Shown here piece by piece: positions 33,064 to 48,000 of a DNA stretch of 64,000 nucleotides. The stretch is from NCBI GenBank assembly GCA_000934665.2, contig JYFJ02000141.1:62001-126000 (forward strand), in the 5' to 3' direction. Position numbers and translations under genes: made by a program. Numbering within the stretch: the first letter of the stretch is position 1; every line of letters begins with the position of its first letter. Source of the DNA: Catajapyx aquilonaris (Eukaryota). A model generated the notes under the pieces. The model did no database searches, was not told the origin of the DNA, and worked only from the letters and a program-made list of their open reading frames with translations.

Positions 33064-36000
33064 TCATACGTCTCTGTGAAAAAATAAATAAATGTTTCAG
33101 TTATTTATGTATTGAGGAAAACCGGTTAATTGACTTACGATGATTCCATGTTTGCATCGCTGAGGATGAAATCCTTCATCCTGAGCAGGTCAACTTTAGA
33201 TGACCTGACAGTCCCATCTGCCACGCTGATCTGCACAGAGGAGATGCCTTCTTGAACTTCACTCACATCAATTCGCACGTCTGACTCGGGCTGGAGTATG
33301 TTGACCTGCAGTTAAAACTTGGATTTACATCTTGTCGCTTTTTGACAAACAATATGAAACCACGCAGATATATAAAACGAGTTACAAAATTCTGCATTCA
33401 TTAGACCTTTATCAACGAGACTAATAACATTACTGACAACTGAATAAATTGTAACTGATTAGAGCAAAACAATCTGGCCCATTCAAATGATCTACGAGTA
33501 ATCCATGCCACAATGAGACACAGCGACAACAACTGCACACCTTTGTTCCTAAGAGCAGTGGGCAGCAATAGAGCAGATAAAAAATCTATACATAGGTGCA
33601 TAAATGCTCCTATGTATAGAAGTAAAAAGTACAGTGCCATACATTATCATAGAAGTAAGGAAATAAACAAACAAATATACCAGTAAATGTCATCAAGTTT
33701 GTTAGTGACAGAGCTTCATACACTCAAAATTAAACAACCAGTATCCTGCTGCACAGCCTCAAGGAAACATTTTCTGGCCGAGAAAGCGCCAGAACAATAA
33801 TTCATAACACACTTTTCAGTCTCTATTCCAGCACGAAAATGTTTTCCAGCTCTTGTTTCCATATAGACAGTGCAACTGGATTATAGGGCCTTATATAAAG
33901 CAGCATTTCCAGTAACATTGTGTTGTCCACTGGATTTTAATGCAACTGGAAATGGTTTTAATGATAGCACGACAAACAGTTACTTAAAATAAATGATCAG
34001 CAATATACCTGAGGACTGGAGGTGGCCTGCATTCCAGCAGCAGAAGCCTGGATGTGATCAGCAAAAGGGTTGGTGTGAATCTCCTGCGTTATGTAGGTGG
34101 TGGAGACGTGGTGTGGGTGGTGGTGGGGAGATGGGGATGGGGAGGTGGAGTGGGAGGAGGGGGTGGAGGTAGGGCTTGTGTGAGGAGCGTTGGTCGCGGG
34201 TCGAGGAGGAACCAAGGAAGTGAATTCGGGAGGTCCTCCGCTGACTGTCCTGGACGTCGTTGCCTCCAAGCCAGGACTTGGTCGGGGTGCAAATGCTGCA
34301 AGAGTAAGTTAGGAGAGATGTTGTGGAATCTCAGATATTGAAAATAATAATCACTATTATTATGCGAGCCATTATTTGATGAGCTAACGGATGTAGGCCT
34401 ACTTAACCCCTTCGGTACCAGATCTATAGGCGATGAGATTCGCTTACGTTCAACTTGCAATTACTCTGAAGACACGGACATGATGTTTCACAAATAATAA
34501 CAGCTATACTAACATGTCCATGCTGTACACTATGAATATATCTGGAACAATTTTACACCTAGCTACAAGTCACAAAATTAATTTCCGAAAAAAATCGCTG
34601 TAAAAACTCGAAATTAAATTACTGCTGAGCAACTGTTAGGCTGATTTAATTATGAAATACGTTAAAATATACGGAACAACAACCTTGAGAATCGTGCTAT
34701 GTCGAATCTGCTTAACTCGTAAATTAATACCTACTTACTGCAGCTTGCCTATCACTTCGCAAAACTCCAAAATTGATTTAATTCTCGCAAGAACAACAGT
34801 TTCAGCAGATTCGTCATAGCACGATTCTCAAGGTTGTTATTCCGTATATTTTAACGTATTTGATAATAATTAAATGAGCCGAACAGTTGCCTAGCGGTAA
34901 TTTAATTTCGAGTTTTTACAGCGATTTTTTCGGAAATTAATTTTGTGACTTCTTGAAGTGAAAAATTGTTCCAAGCATATTCATTAGCATGAACATGTAA
35001 GTATAGCTGTTATTATTGTCGGTATCTACAGAGTACGTGCAAGTTGAACAGAAGCGAATCTCATTGCCTAGATCTGGTACCGAAGGAGTTAATGCAGCAA
35101 TATTATTAGCAAAAATGTCCCACCAGGCGTGTTGGATTCATCTTCAGGTCCCTCCAGAAGTGCCTCCTCTTCGGCCTCTCCACACAAGCTGAGGTACAAA
35201 CTTCCAGTGCTGGACACACCACTGGAGCTTCTGACTGACTCGCAGCTGAGCCCTGGTCCCACCAACCTCCCCTGAGCCTGAGGTGCTGCTGACATCTGCC
35301 CATAGTTCCATGAGAACCGCTTCTGGATGCTGTTCTCACGTGTGTCCTGCTTCTGAAATAATCATCATGGCTATGTGTAGTAGTGTTCGCTTTAAGTTAC
35401 CTCCAGCAATTACCTTGATGTCCTCTATGGCTCCAGCAGTGTGGTACCGCCTGGGATCCTGCCTCTCTGCTCGTGCCAGCCTCTTGTTGCAGTAGGTGGC
35501 CTCCGAGGGTATCTCTCCACCCCGACACCGCTCTGGGGTTGGAGACACAGGAGAGATGTCGTCACTCGGTGGAGACACGCCTGATAATTTATTAAGCAAG
35601 TTGAGTCCTCTGGTCTCAATTGCTGAACACCAATCATAAAAGCACATAGGCAGTGCATTGTCAGAATTACATCCAGAGAGAAGGAAGTCACACAGATGTT
35701 ACAGTAGCAGCACATCTATTGTTGCATTGTCACATAAGCACCAATACCAGTTTATTCTCACCTCTAATGATAGGAACATCAAAATCGACGCAAGCAGGAT
35801 GAGAATGGTGCCTGGCCACACCCGGGATGAGCTCAGCACCGGAGAGATGCGGATCAGCATCAGGCCCAGTTGGGCTCGTGGTGCTTCCAACGTGCCTGGT
35901 TTTGATGAGAGGAGGGTTTCGTTGAGAGGAGAGGGCACAACTACGCCTAAGGCTCCTTGGAGAGGGCGGTGGGTAGGAGATGCCTCGGTGGGAGGGACTC

Positions 36001-39000
36001 AGCGCCTTTGGAGAGGGGACTGTCAGCGTGGAGTGGACTCCACCACTGTCCACACTCAAGTTTGGCATCGACTGGCCTGAAGAGTAGGGAAGCTGGACAG
36101 AGAGGGTGTTTGGAGTGGGAGACTTGGACAGGAATGAACGCCTGCGGATCAAGAAGCATTAGTAGCATAGTATGAATGTCAAGATGCTTCAGATGCTTAC
36201 CGTTCCGGCCTGGGAGAAGGAGGCTGGACCAACCTGCTCCCTTCCATGCTCAGAGCGCGAGGTTTGACTGAGCTGGCGCCGCTACCTGCAACTCCTGGAG
36301 TCGGCAACGACCCTGCAACAGCACTGCTGCCTGCAGCGGTGCTTGCATTAGCGGCATGGCCATCAGTGGTGGAGCCCTCGTCGGATGACACAGATGAACC
36401 TCTCAGGTCATTCTCCAGACTCACACCTCGTCCTTGGCTCAGGCTGCCAGATGACGCCTCGTTCATGTCCATTGAACCACTGCAATTATAACGGAAATTA
36501 ATTGATGCACTAATTTTCACTCAAATTTTGCCTACTTCACCTGTGGGAATGCACTAGGCTGGAAACGTGACTTCCCCGACTGGATCCTCTATGGCTGCGA
36601 GCAACCAGTAGAGCAGATGTTGGGAGGTCCATGTCCTCCTCTTCCTCTAAGTCGAACGGAGATGGGGAACCAGGCCCTGGACCCAAAGGCACGTCTGACA
36701 TGGCTGCCACCTTAGCCTCCCTGTAGAGAGACTGCGCTTTGCGTATCTGATCCATCCAGCTCTGGAAAAAAACACACGAAATTCAGGTTGACTTTCCCAA
36801 TGCTGTAATGAAGAGTTGTTACCTTGACCAGTTTGGGTTCTGAGCTGTGGAGGGTGAAGGCGGTGGTGGCAGTGCCATATTCATTCAGGTATAGCAGTGC
36901 CATCCCTCCTGAGTCCTTCAGTTCATGCACCACCAGCCGGTCCACCACGTAGGGCTGCCTGATGACCTTCACCTTCTCACCCTTCTTGGCCACAATTTTG
37001 CACACCAGAAGCATATCCGTGAATAGGAAGCAATGAACGTCCATCTGCAGCCAAGAAAACGTTCAGTTATGTTCATCCTGAATCTATTGTCTCACTGACC
37101 TTTGACGTGGTGTGGTCCTTCATCTTGAGGTCACTCTCGACCAGAAGGTGCCTCCTCTGTGACTCTATGCAACCGGGCATGGGACAGGTGAGGTCGAAGT
37201 TGCAGTGCTGCCGAAGCATTTTGTCCACCTCGTCATCTTTTGTCTCCTGTGGAATGGCAAAGGATTTGAGAGATATAAACCACAAAAGACACCTCGGTTG
37301 CGAGTCACCCGACATACCACAACATCGTAGGCCTCTATCCTTGCGATGATCCCTCGAAGCCTCTCCTGCTCCTGTCTTTGTCTCAAAGTTGCGTTCACAC
37401 TGGCCACGAACGAACCCACACTTTGAATCTGAAGAACAACCAATTCAATGGTCAAAAATGTCAAATTTTTATAAAATAAATTTGAGCATACCATCTCTTC
37501 AAGCCTCTTTCTGGCTTCAGGGTCTTCAGTATGCTTCTGAATGGCCTTCAGTAGCAGGGAATACTTGGTCAATCTCTGCATAGGCTTGACGAGAATGTCC
37601 ATAAGGCGAAGTCGGTTGCAGTCCTTCTGCGTCTCACACCACTGAATGCACAAAATTCAAGGATTATAGAGGGCGCCTCAAAAAAAATCAAGTTGAGTGC
37701 AATATGCGAGGAGCATAAATCCATATAAAAACTCACCGCCAAATATGCCTTGAAAAATTCATTCTCATGGTGCTTCTCCTTGCAGTACTGCTGGCATTGC
37801 GATTGGTCGGCACAGTACTTGGTGTATGGATGGAAGATCTCGCTGAACTATAAAACGTGAAGTGTGAGCAAAGAAATTTTGAGCCAAGTTTCTGCAGAGT
37901 GCCCACACCCAAAAGTGGAAGACCGAGTGCCCATTTTTAAATGAAAATTACTTTTTTTCTTCTTCAAAAATTAGGATTTCCGACTCCCGAGCGCTTTTGC
38001 GCAATTAAAGTCAGAAATGAGCGTCTAATGAAGGGAAATGGACAAAATTAAGCAGAGTGGATGCGCCGCGACGAGAAATGGAATATTTTAAGGAGTCGGG
38101 GGGGCTTCCGGTAATTCGGTTACGCCGGATTGGCTCTATAGCAATGCCAATCTGCCGCGACACCAATTAGATACCCCGCTTTTCTGTGGCGGTTCGCGAG
38201 AGACATCTCGCCGAGTCTGCCTATGCAAAACGCAAAACGCATCTAGAACACCTTCCCTTTTGTTTCATTACTGCCTTGCTCCAGAGCTTCTTGTTTAGCA
38301 AAGTCATTAGTCTTCAAGATTATATGCGAAGGATCAAGCTGACAATTAAATTTCTAATGCTGATAACTAACTATAGAGGATTGCCTGGGGGGGGGGGGNG
38401 GGGGGGGGGGTGCAAATAGGAGTATTTTGCTCTTGATTCAACCAGGGTCTATTTCTGGATGAACCTCTCAAATCTGTTTTATGTCCATCCATACGTACCG
38501 CACTAACGAGGTCACGTATTGAAGTAATTCTGCGAAACTCGCTAAATACTTAAGTCCTACTCACAGCCATGGAAACGCTCTTTGAGCCAGAATCCGATTT
38601 ATGATTTTGGGAGGATAAATGAAAAAAAATAAACATCACTTTCTGTCCCATACCTGCCAGCTCATCTATACAGTTGCTAGGTAACAAATTTCAATTCCAG
38701 GATAGATCGGAAGTGTTTGGGCATGAAATGGGTATTAAATGGGTTTGTCTTCACGCAAATCAGCAATCCCGGTTGGCCCATACTATAACACATGACTTTC
38801 TCTCCTGTAATTCCATCAGATGCTCTACGACCTGCGCCTCATTCACCTCGGTTATTACCATCGCGGGGGGACTTTCGGCGAACAAAAGCAGATAAAACGT
38901 GACCTTAAACTTTGAAGGCACTTTGAACAATGCGTGTGGGCCACGCTATACTCTTTCTCCTTCCTCTCGGAAGGCTTGAGATCCACTCTTTATCCGCGGA

Positions 39001-42000
39001 GGACCCCGGAGTGTTGGCTCTTTTTCACTCTCTCGAAGGAGCTGCTTCTCCTATGGGGAAAATGCCATCCTGTCTCTCTACTCCACAATTCACGATCGTG
39101 CCCTTTCCCGTTTCCATAATGAAAATAAAGTACCGGTTGTTTTGGGGGATGGGTCAGCCATTTTCCCACCTTTTGCCATTATTTTTTAGTGGAGGAGGAA
39201 TCCTCGTCTTATATTGTGTAAGGCCATGAAGTGTCCGGTAGATAAAATTCTTATGGACAACCATCAGTTATTTTTGTTTTTTAGAGGTTGTGTAGGGTAG
39301 GGTGTTTGCCTGTACTGTTAACCAGATTGTGACGCAGTGCAAGGTTTTAATACGGCAGTAAAGGTGATGGTTTCTGGGGTCGCACGTTAAGCTGCTTTAA
39401 TGATCTTCATGGTTAACCTCAGGCGGACTTCACATAAAAAGTGGCGTTACGGGGCAGTTTTTAGCCTCCTAAACAGAGTAATTTTGTGATATTTGGTCAC
39501 AATTACTAGCTGGTCGTGTCACACGTTGCACAGGTATTTGCGGCATTTAATTTTCATGTAATTCACAAGTCACGTAAATATGTCATTTTTCTGATAACCT
39601 CACGTTTCTACTAATTAATAAGAGAGCAGCTTGGACACGAAATGTTGTCATTAGTTGAGCTACAGCATTGTAGCTTGTACTGTATAATTATTTTTGCAAT
39701 TACCAGTCCTGCTAACACGTGGCGTGGCAACTAATGAGCAACAAGAGATGTCTATTTGCCACTTGTAAGCACGGCACGAGGCAGAGTGAGTGCTTGAAAT
39801 TTCCATTTCCTTACAGACGTCACTATTAATCATTTTTAGGTGAACTCCTGCCTTTAGCACTAACGAGTTGGTAGATTATTTACGTACCGTATACTGAAGC
39901 ATTACAAATATTTTGGACTGAATATGATATTCAGGAGTGAGCCTGTTTTGTTTCTAACTCTTAATCTTGTCATTCCAAACTCCCTGCAGCAAATTTTTGA
40001 ACAAAGAATGGATATATGACCTTTTGTCTTACTCTTACGCAGTATCCCTCAAAGAATTCTCCCTCATAACGAAATTCATGAGCAAAGAAAGAGCTTTTGT
40101 CATCATCTGAAGCTACCTTCTCCATTGAAGGAGTGATGTACTCTCTAGAGGTAATAGACGAGGCTCCTTTTGTTACAAGAACCCAAACCAAACTTGAGCT
40201 TTTAGGTAGCTGCATGTATTCGAAATAACAACTGACGAAATACTGTTCGTCGCAATATTAAATTGACGAGTAATTAAATGCAAAGAGAAAACATGATTGT
40301 CTCTTCAATCATAATGGCGACTAGTAATGCGCTCATATTTCCAGCCAATAACTGACCATGTTACTGACCGAGATAAGCGGTGGATTGTGTCATTTCGTGT
40401 CGCTTCCATCCGGGAAGAAATGCCGGACATTGAGATAAAACCGCACTAAAACAGATGGATCTCCCTCAATCCCATGACGTGAACTGCCACTTCTGGTAGT
40501 TCGATCAAGTGATCATTCCATGATCGCGTCACACTGGCTCTAGCGTCGGTTAAAAATAAACGTGTCCTATCCAACAATATAGCTGGCAAAGAGTTAAGCT
40601 CTAGATTGGGAATCTATGACGTCATCCCCCGGCCTCAGTGAAACTTTCCATTACAATTTACTCCGTACCCGGCTACTTTTACCGCCTACATGAATTGCTA
40701 ATACGACATGGCAGTACACTTGGGGTCAGTTAATTTTCTACACAGTATTACACACTGACATTGCACGTACCCAAGAAAGGCCCACAGCTTATAAAGATTT
40801 AGACAAGCGGTCCTCAGTGGCCTAACCTACATTAGGTTTCCAAAATTTCCCCCTCTTTTCCTAACTGAATAAAACCAGTGGATAGTGTTGGGAGCGAATT
40901 AATCCCTGGCCTACGTAGTGAGGGCGTGCCGTTGCATAATCGGTGTACCCAAGCAAAGCCAGTGGCGGCTTACCTTGATAAATCCTTCTGCCATGAGGGT
41001 TGGGTTGAGAGGCTCTCCACTGTCCCTGGACTTGTGCATGGTGGGCAGCAGGTGGTTCTGCCAGAAGAATCGGTTGGCTCCGTAGATGTCGGAGATGTTG
41101 GCGAAGAGACGGTAGGTGTCCACCTCTGTCAGGATGCCCGCGGCTTGCAGGTTGCAAAGGCACATGAGGAACAGGTCCTGGATCACCTTCAGGGTTCGGA
41201 TGTACGCGGCCTCCGTGTCCACCAGCTCCCAGATGGCCGTCTGCTGCTGGATCACCCGCTCGGACAGACTGGCCCAGTTGTGCACCAGTTGTCGCCAGTC
41301 GTCCTCCAGGCTGTAGAGCTCTATGGGAAACGATTGCATGCAAGCAGGGGTAGCAGATTCCAGCAAATGACAATACTGGTAGCCTTTGCGCATAAGCAAG
41401 AGGCGAATAGAGATATTTTCATTACTGCAAATTCATCTCAAATAATGCATGATCAATAGTAAATAAGGTAAACCTACCAATTTATATACCATCTTAAGGA
41501 AAAAAAAATACGGATTTTGGGTTCTGCACGTAACACCCAAAAGAAAAAAAATAATGTTACAGACATGTCCGGATAGTCCATTTCGTGCTCTCCTTGAATA
41601 TGTGTTTTACTTTCCTTAATGTATAGTGATTACCGCACAAAGTGAAGTTTGCTATCATGTAGCATCTCGACCCTTTTCTGACACTCTCAACCCAATTTGT
41701 GACACCTGTTTTTTTCCATTTTATGACACCCATTTTTTCTTTCCGAATTTTTAAATTTTAATTTAAAAATTTGTTTATTGTGAAAAACAGTTTTTCCGGT
41801 ATGATGGCGGTTCTGGATTTTGTCAGAGTCTGGCTCACTCTATCACTGATAATAATTTTATGCCTCTTTCTAGAGAGTATGTAGTGTACATTGCATTCCC
41901 TATTATCCGTGCATCGGCAAAACGTTAAGTTAGATATAAAAGTCCAAAAAATGTTAATATGTCACGGAAACGCATGAAATACCAAATGCTGACAGCCTCA

Positions 42001-45000
42001 GATCTTATTTATGACAGAGGGTGTCATTAATATTATATCGGATCCGATCATCGTAAATGACTGAAAGGCATTCATCGAATGTTACTTTCAGATGTTCCTT
42101 TTCATAATCATAAAACTATTACAATGCAGTTGTAAATGTAACAATTCGAATGTAAATGAGCACTATTTCTAGGGGTGTCATGAATTATTGGCAACTCACC
42201 ACTGACCTTGACCTCACTACAGGTTGTTAAATAAGGATAGGTATAGTCACTGCCAAAGTGGTTAATTACTATGGCACATGCGTTGAATTCCTGTTATTTA
42301 ACTTAGCTTCCACAAGAGGTCATAAATTGGGCGAGAAAAATGGGGGGGGGGGCACAAATTGGTAGATTTACCTTAATTGTTATTTTTGTGACAATATTTC
42401 GAACAATAACAACACGCGCCACAGTAAAAAAATGGTAGAGGGCACATCTGTGGTCATTTTTCAAGACATTGCAGCGAAAAGGCCCTGGATTGAGGGAAAC
42501 ATTCTCTACAGAGCACTTTTGTCTGGTTCCAACGGTAAATTTGCAAGGTATTACTGCCCAATGCTATTATGGAAATCGGATCAGTGTACGGAGAATATCT
42601 CCAGGAAAAAAGCCATATTGCTATAGAGAAGTGTCTTTTGTAATAAGAAGCCTTATGAATGTTGGGCAATTTCTTGCAAAGTCTATACACCGAAAGTCTA
42701 TTGATAGGAAGATAGTGCTCCTGTTCTGCAGTTAAAAAGCATGCATTGTTCAGATCAAGTTTTGTCCTATGCCTCGGGTATAGAATTATTGACCTTATCA
42801 CCCATTGCACTGGCACCTTATTTTGCTAAAGACAACAGTGCAAGTGTCATCGCCTCATCCCATGGCAGTAGTCATTTGTTGTTATCTGATTTTGAAGGAG
42901 GAATAACGAATTGGTATATGTATAGTCGCTATCGGGACAGGATAGCACGGGATTATAGTTGTGTTTAAAGCCCGCACCCACTTCTCAGGTGTGTAGTAAA
43001 CAACATTTCAATAATAAGCATTCCAAGACCTTGCCCAACAAAAAAGTGAATATAAGTTACATGCCCCTTAATATTGCGAGTACACACGGAGAGTATGTAC
43101 TCCATTTTATGCCATGAGTTGAAGCATTGTCATTGCAATTAAAAATACACAATCGCTTCTTATTGTTTTTGCAAGAAAGTACACAGTTCCTGCCTTACCT
43201 TCCTCGGTTTCTTCATCCGTCTCGAATGCGAGGAGGTCTTTTAACTTGGGGATGCCGTTCTTGGAATAGGTGTTGAGCTGTTCTACCAAGGCGTCCATCT
43301 TGGTGTCCTGGGTGGGGAAATAGGCCAGATCTAGGTCATAAGATCCCATAGATCCCCGTCGGAGAGAAAACCTTTTGATCCGTCCAGGAGCCATGTTTGT
43401 CACTCAACTGAATTCTCAGTGTGCCAGGAAAAATGTGTAAGGATCTCGCAGATATTCGGTATCAATCATGGAGATTAGATCGTAACTGATGGTTCACGTA
43501 ACGTGTATAATATTGACGGGGATTTCAGGCCCCCTTAATCTAAAAATCAATGTTGGACATCGCATGCTAATTACTTTTTAATTACGGACAGCGCCATAAT
43601 GCAATTATTAAGAAATATGTTATCATAAAATTTACATTCAGGCCAGCACAGAAATATGACAGGCATGTGTAAGTAATCATTTTAATCGCAGGCCTCTCAG
43701 GTGATAATAATGCAGCACAATACATTTACCCCTATAATCAATGCCCTCATCACTTGTTCCAAGTTCAAATTCCTCCTCATCTACAGACAGATATGACGTC
43801 TGCACAACAAGCAACCGACGTTCATGCAATTCTCACGCCGCATTAATGCTGCACCGGACCTTACTTTCCAGCTACACAGAAGCACTTGAATGTCCGGTGA
43901 CTGTACCGACCGCAACAACGCGTCGTTCCTGCTATTTACGGAAACCTCATCCCTTTTGTCTCCCTCTTCCCTTTGATTTCAATGCACACGGCGCCATTGT
44001 CAACACCAAATAGCTCTGTGGGAAGCACATCATTTGAACATACGTGCCTGTAGAGTCAATAGAACGCAGCTCTTGAACTTATCTTTTGTCTCCAGCACGT
44101 TCAAAGTACGTAATAATATTCACAGAATTGTATTTGCAAAAAATGTTCACTGCTTGAATCAATCCTAGCCGATTCATGGTCCACCCTGTATCCCACAGAT
44201 TGGCGGTTCAGACATTATCTCTAATCAGACGGTCGGAATTAACGAGCTGGCTGCTGGATGCGAGGGGTTAACGAGGTCGCCAATTCGGAAATGTTCGACG
44301 AACTTTCATACCTTGTACGAGTTGCTGAAAAGACCGCTCCATCTGTTGGACTGCTTTCCGCTCTTTCCAACCTTGAGTGATCCCCCATCGCCAAATCCGG
44401 GTAAGGACACGGATCCGGGGCTGTCTCCGGCATGGGAAGGGTCTTCGGTGCTGGCACTGAAGAATCTGGACCCTTTGCTGCGATAACTCTGAAATTAACA
44501 TTGAGTTGGTCGTTGTCGTTGGAAACCACCAAACATAGCCAGCCCGCAAAGACAAGAACAACGTGTGAACATCTAGTCGACGTTATGCTGTGCTAGGTAA
44601 TCTGGTAGGATGATTAGCAAACATGGTCAGGGGTGGAAGGCACGCACGCCATGTACCGTGAAATGAAACGAAAACAGGCGGTCCCTTTTTTCGGATAAAA
44701 TTCCGGGGTTGATAGCAATTGTCTGGATTTGGGGGCGCGTGATGCCAGATCTGGGACGACGATAAGGACCAATGTCAACTCATATTTTTTAAAATGAAAA
44801 AATGAGCGACGTGGCGTGTACCGGGTCATTTCATGGATTATGATGGATGGCTGTTATACTAACACCAAAATTTGGGCTGATGACACGCACTGGACTCTCA
44901 GTAAGTACGCTAGGAAGAAATATTACAAACATGACGTACCACCTCAGGAGGTGCAAGATATTTTGTACTGTATAGCACTTCCATACTTGTGATGTCCACA

Positions 45001-48000
45001 GGTAAGCAGGCTTAAAATTACTGATCATACCTGGACAGAATCTTAACTTATCCCAAACCTACTGGGCGGAACCTAATCTAATCATTTTCACTTTTTTTCC
45101 CCCAATACTTGATACGGTCCACAATGAGAACATACCAACTGACGTGCATGTGCAAAAAAAAAGAACTCAATTGACGTCACATAAGCCTCAGTCGATAGGC
45201 CCGGTCCTAACTTTTGGGCCTCTCGGTCGAGAATCCGAAAATTGGCTCCTCGAAAGTGAAAGTTACTCCGCCTCCATCCATATACCCAACTTGGACAAGT
45301 GCTTCATAAAGGGGGCCAAGTTTCATTATTCTGCACCCCCCTGCTTTTGTTAGGACTTCCAGCATACTTTGGCTTGGGGAACAGGATGGTGCAAAGGAAC
45401 AAAGGATATTGGAGTCCCAATTCTCTCTATCAAAAGGGAGAAGAGGACCTTCTGTCTAAATTGCAATTCGCAAAATGACCGACAGAATTTGCTCCATTTG
45501 TGCATATAGTACGCGATATATTCTTATTAATTAGAATTCACGCGTTGATTCATCACCAACGTGCATGTCTCCCTGAGAGCGGCAGTGCGCCACCTGGGCA
45601 GTGTTGCCAAGTTTCGTCAATGTGTTCACTCTTGTTATTCATATTGAGAGTGTCGCGTTGACATATATACGCGACAGGTAGCGTCGGGCAGAATATAAGC
45701 AGCCTGAGTGCAAAAGAGAAGGAACAACAGGTGTTGGGGGAGAGAGAGAGAGAGAGATGGTGGTGAGGGACGAGGGGTTGTCAAGGCGACTACCATGCAT
45801 GAAAGCGAAAATTTAATTTCAGCTCGTCGCGAAGCCCCCAATTTGCGAAATCACACGTTTTTGGTCTCACATTTGATCAATAATTCTCATTAAAGTTAGG
45901 CATAATCAGATAATTAGGCGACGTTGAAAACATCCTAGCCCTCACTTCAAAAAAAAAATTAATTGGGCATAGGAATAATGAGTCGGCAAAAAAAACTGGA
46001 GATTTCTGTCGCAGTACGTATATCACATAGGGGCACGTATTGACTCGACACCAGCAATATAATTTCCGGCTGTTCTTTATTCATGGAACATTACAGGTCG
46101 TATAGTGATTTACGGTTGCTCTGCTTTTGCTTCATTTGCCAGCCGAGCTCGAGAGCCGACTTTCTCTCGTCAGAGGGAAGGCCTCCATTGTGGCTGAGAG
46201 GAACGGAGCAAAATTTGTGTGTCAATTTTGGTTCGGAATCACTCTCAGGCCCAGGCTTGCCTGTCATTTGTTACGACGAGGACTTCGGTTAGTTCGTTGG
46301 AGTTTTCGTGGTTTAGCGACACGAGTGAAATATGGAAGAGGATAACGGAACCAAAAAAAAAAATGTGGTGGATAAAAAATGGCGGTTCGTATTAGCAAAA
46401 TTCGACGCTTGGAAACTCATAGTTGGTTACATAAATCCTGAATGTGATTAGAGTTGGGCAACAATGATTTTGGAGCAATATTTTTTTTCCTCCACAAGTA
46501 CGGGTTTTAGCATTTAATAATGGAGATGACAGAACTCAAAGGAATAAGGCACAAAAGAAACAAAAGGCGCTTTTGGTAAGCTCATAAACAGTATTATGGT
46601 TACTAGAAATGCAGCTTCAAAGCCGTAATTATCTGATTGTAGCAGCATAATGTTGGCAATTCAGCCTCATTTCATTGTTCGCTTTCTCTTTAAAGGGCTG
46701 CCTGTTATAATATATTTACAATTATTCACTGCCATTACTTACTATCTTATGCGAATTAGAATGTGAAACCTTGTCAATCTGAGTATGTTGCAAGTTTGCA
46801 CTTTTATTTGAAATAAGTTAATTAATTATTTGCCCTACCTTGAGAGTATCAACCATCATAAGTTGAAATGAGCAGTTTTGTTCAAATATTTAAGAGATTG
46901 CCTCTCTTTAACCTGTAGTTGATGAAGTGAACAATACATATAACTTTTTCCCCTTTTCCCCTCCGGAACTCGGAACTTAGGAAGTATACAGTATACGCTG
47001 TGTACAAACAGTCATTCCGCAGAAAATGGTGCCAATTTTGAAGTATTGGAACTTTGATCCTGCTTCTGGAAGGCCCTCCGGCATACAAAAAAATGGATTT
47101 TAACAGTGATCAAGGGCCAGGACATGTTTGTCTGAAACTTTCATGACATTATAGCACATCAAATCTCAGCTAAAACTAATCTGAGAACAACCCAATTAAA
47201 TCCAATGCCCCCAAGTGCGCTGAATGCCAGAAAAGAATGGAAATCCAGTTAGTGAAACGAACCTCCCGTCAAGTCAAAAACTTTCCTAGACAACTATGTA
47301 ATGAAGACTTTTTGTTAGCTGGATCTCGAGATACTTCCAAGGTAGAATCCTCATCGATCGTGCTCGTGGTGCTGGGTAAAAGAAGCTGTTAAAGAAACGT
47401 AAAATTCGCAAGGGAAGGGACAAGCACCAAGAGAGACAGATGCTACGAATCCAAACATTTTTTGGTAGAAAAATAATAAAAAAAGGCACGACCCTTACCA
47501 TTTTTTTGCCATCTAACCTTTCCCCACTAAACCTCTTTGTTCAACGAGGCGTCAGGGAATTCCTGAGCCAAAATTCCATCCGACGGGATTTAATATGGCG
47601 AGCCAGATACTCAGACAAGCCGTTTTCGCGCCTTCTCCTTTTTTGCACATTTCTGCAAAAAATTAGTATGCCACTAACGCCAAGGGCACTCTCAAAAAAT
47701 TGGAGCAAACATACGTGGGTTTCCCTTCGATTTTTTTTTATTTATTTCGCGTGGGCCAGAGTGGCCATCTGTTCGTTGAATTTTCTATGGCGCACGTTAT
47801 TGGCTTTTTTTTAGGTCCTGCATTGTGCAAAATCAAAGTCGGTCAGGTATGTATGGCAGGGAGCAGGTTCGGATGTCAAGTGGTATGCTCGTCCGTCTGG
47901 AGAGGTCCAGTTGCGTGCTGGTGTATAATCATTTTATTATGGAATTGAAGAGAGATGCGGCCGCAGTCCATTTGAATTGCATGCACGGCTTTTAAACATT

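Noticed and set aside
38386..38410. Poly-G run containing an N
   Set aside because: Probably an assembly gap or homopolymer uncertainty rather than a biological feature.
39970..40215. 81 aa intronic ORF and an exon-like island near 38950-39050
   Set aside because: No recognisable domain, and insertion would disrupt the DH domain. Unsupported without RNA data.
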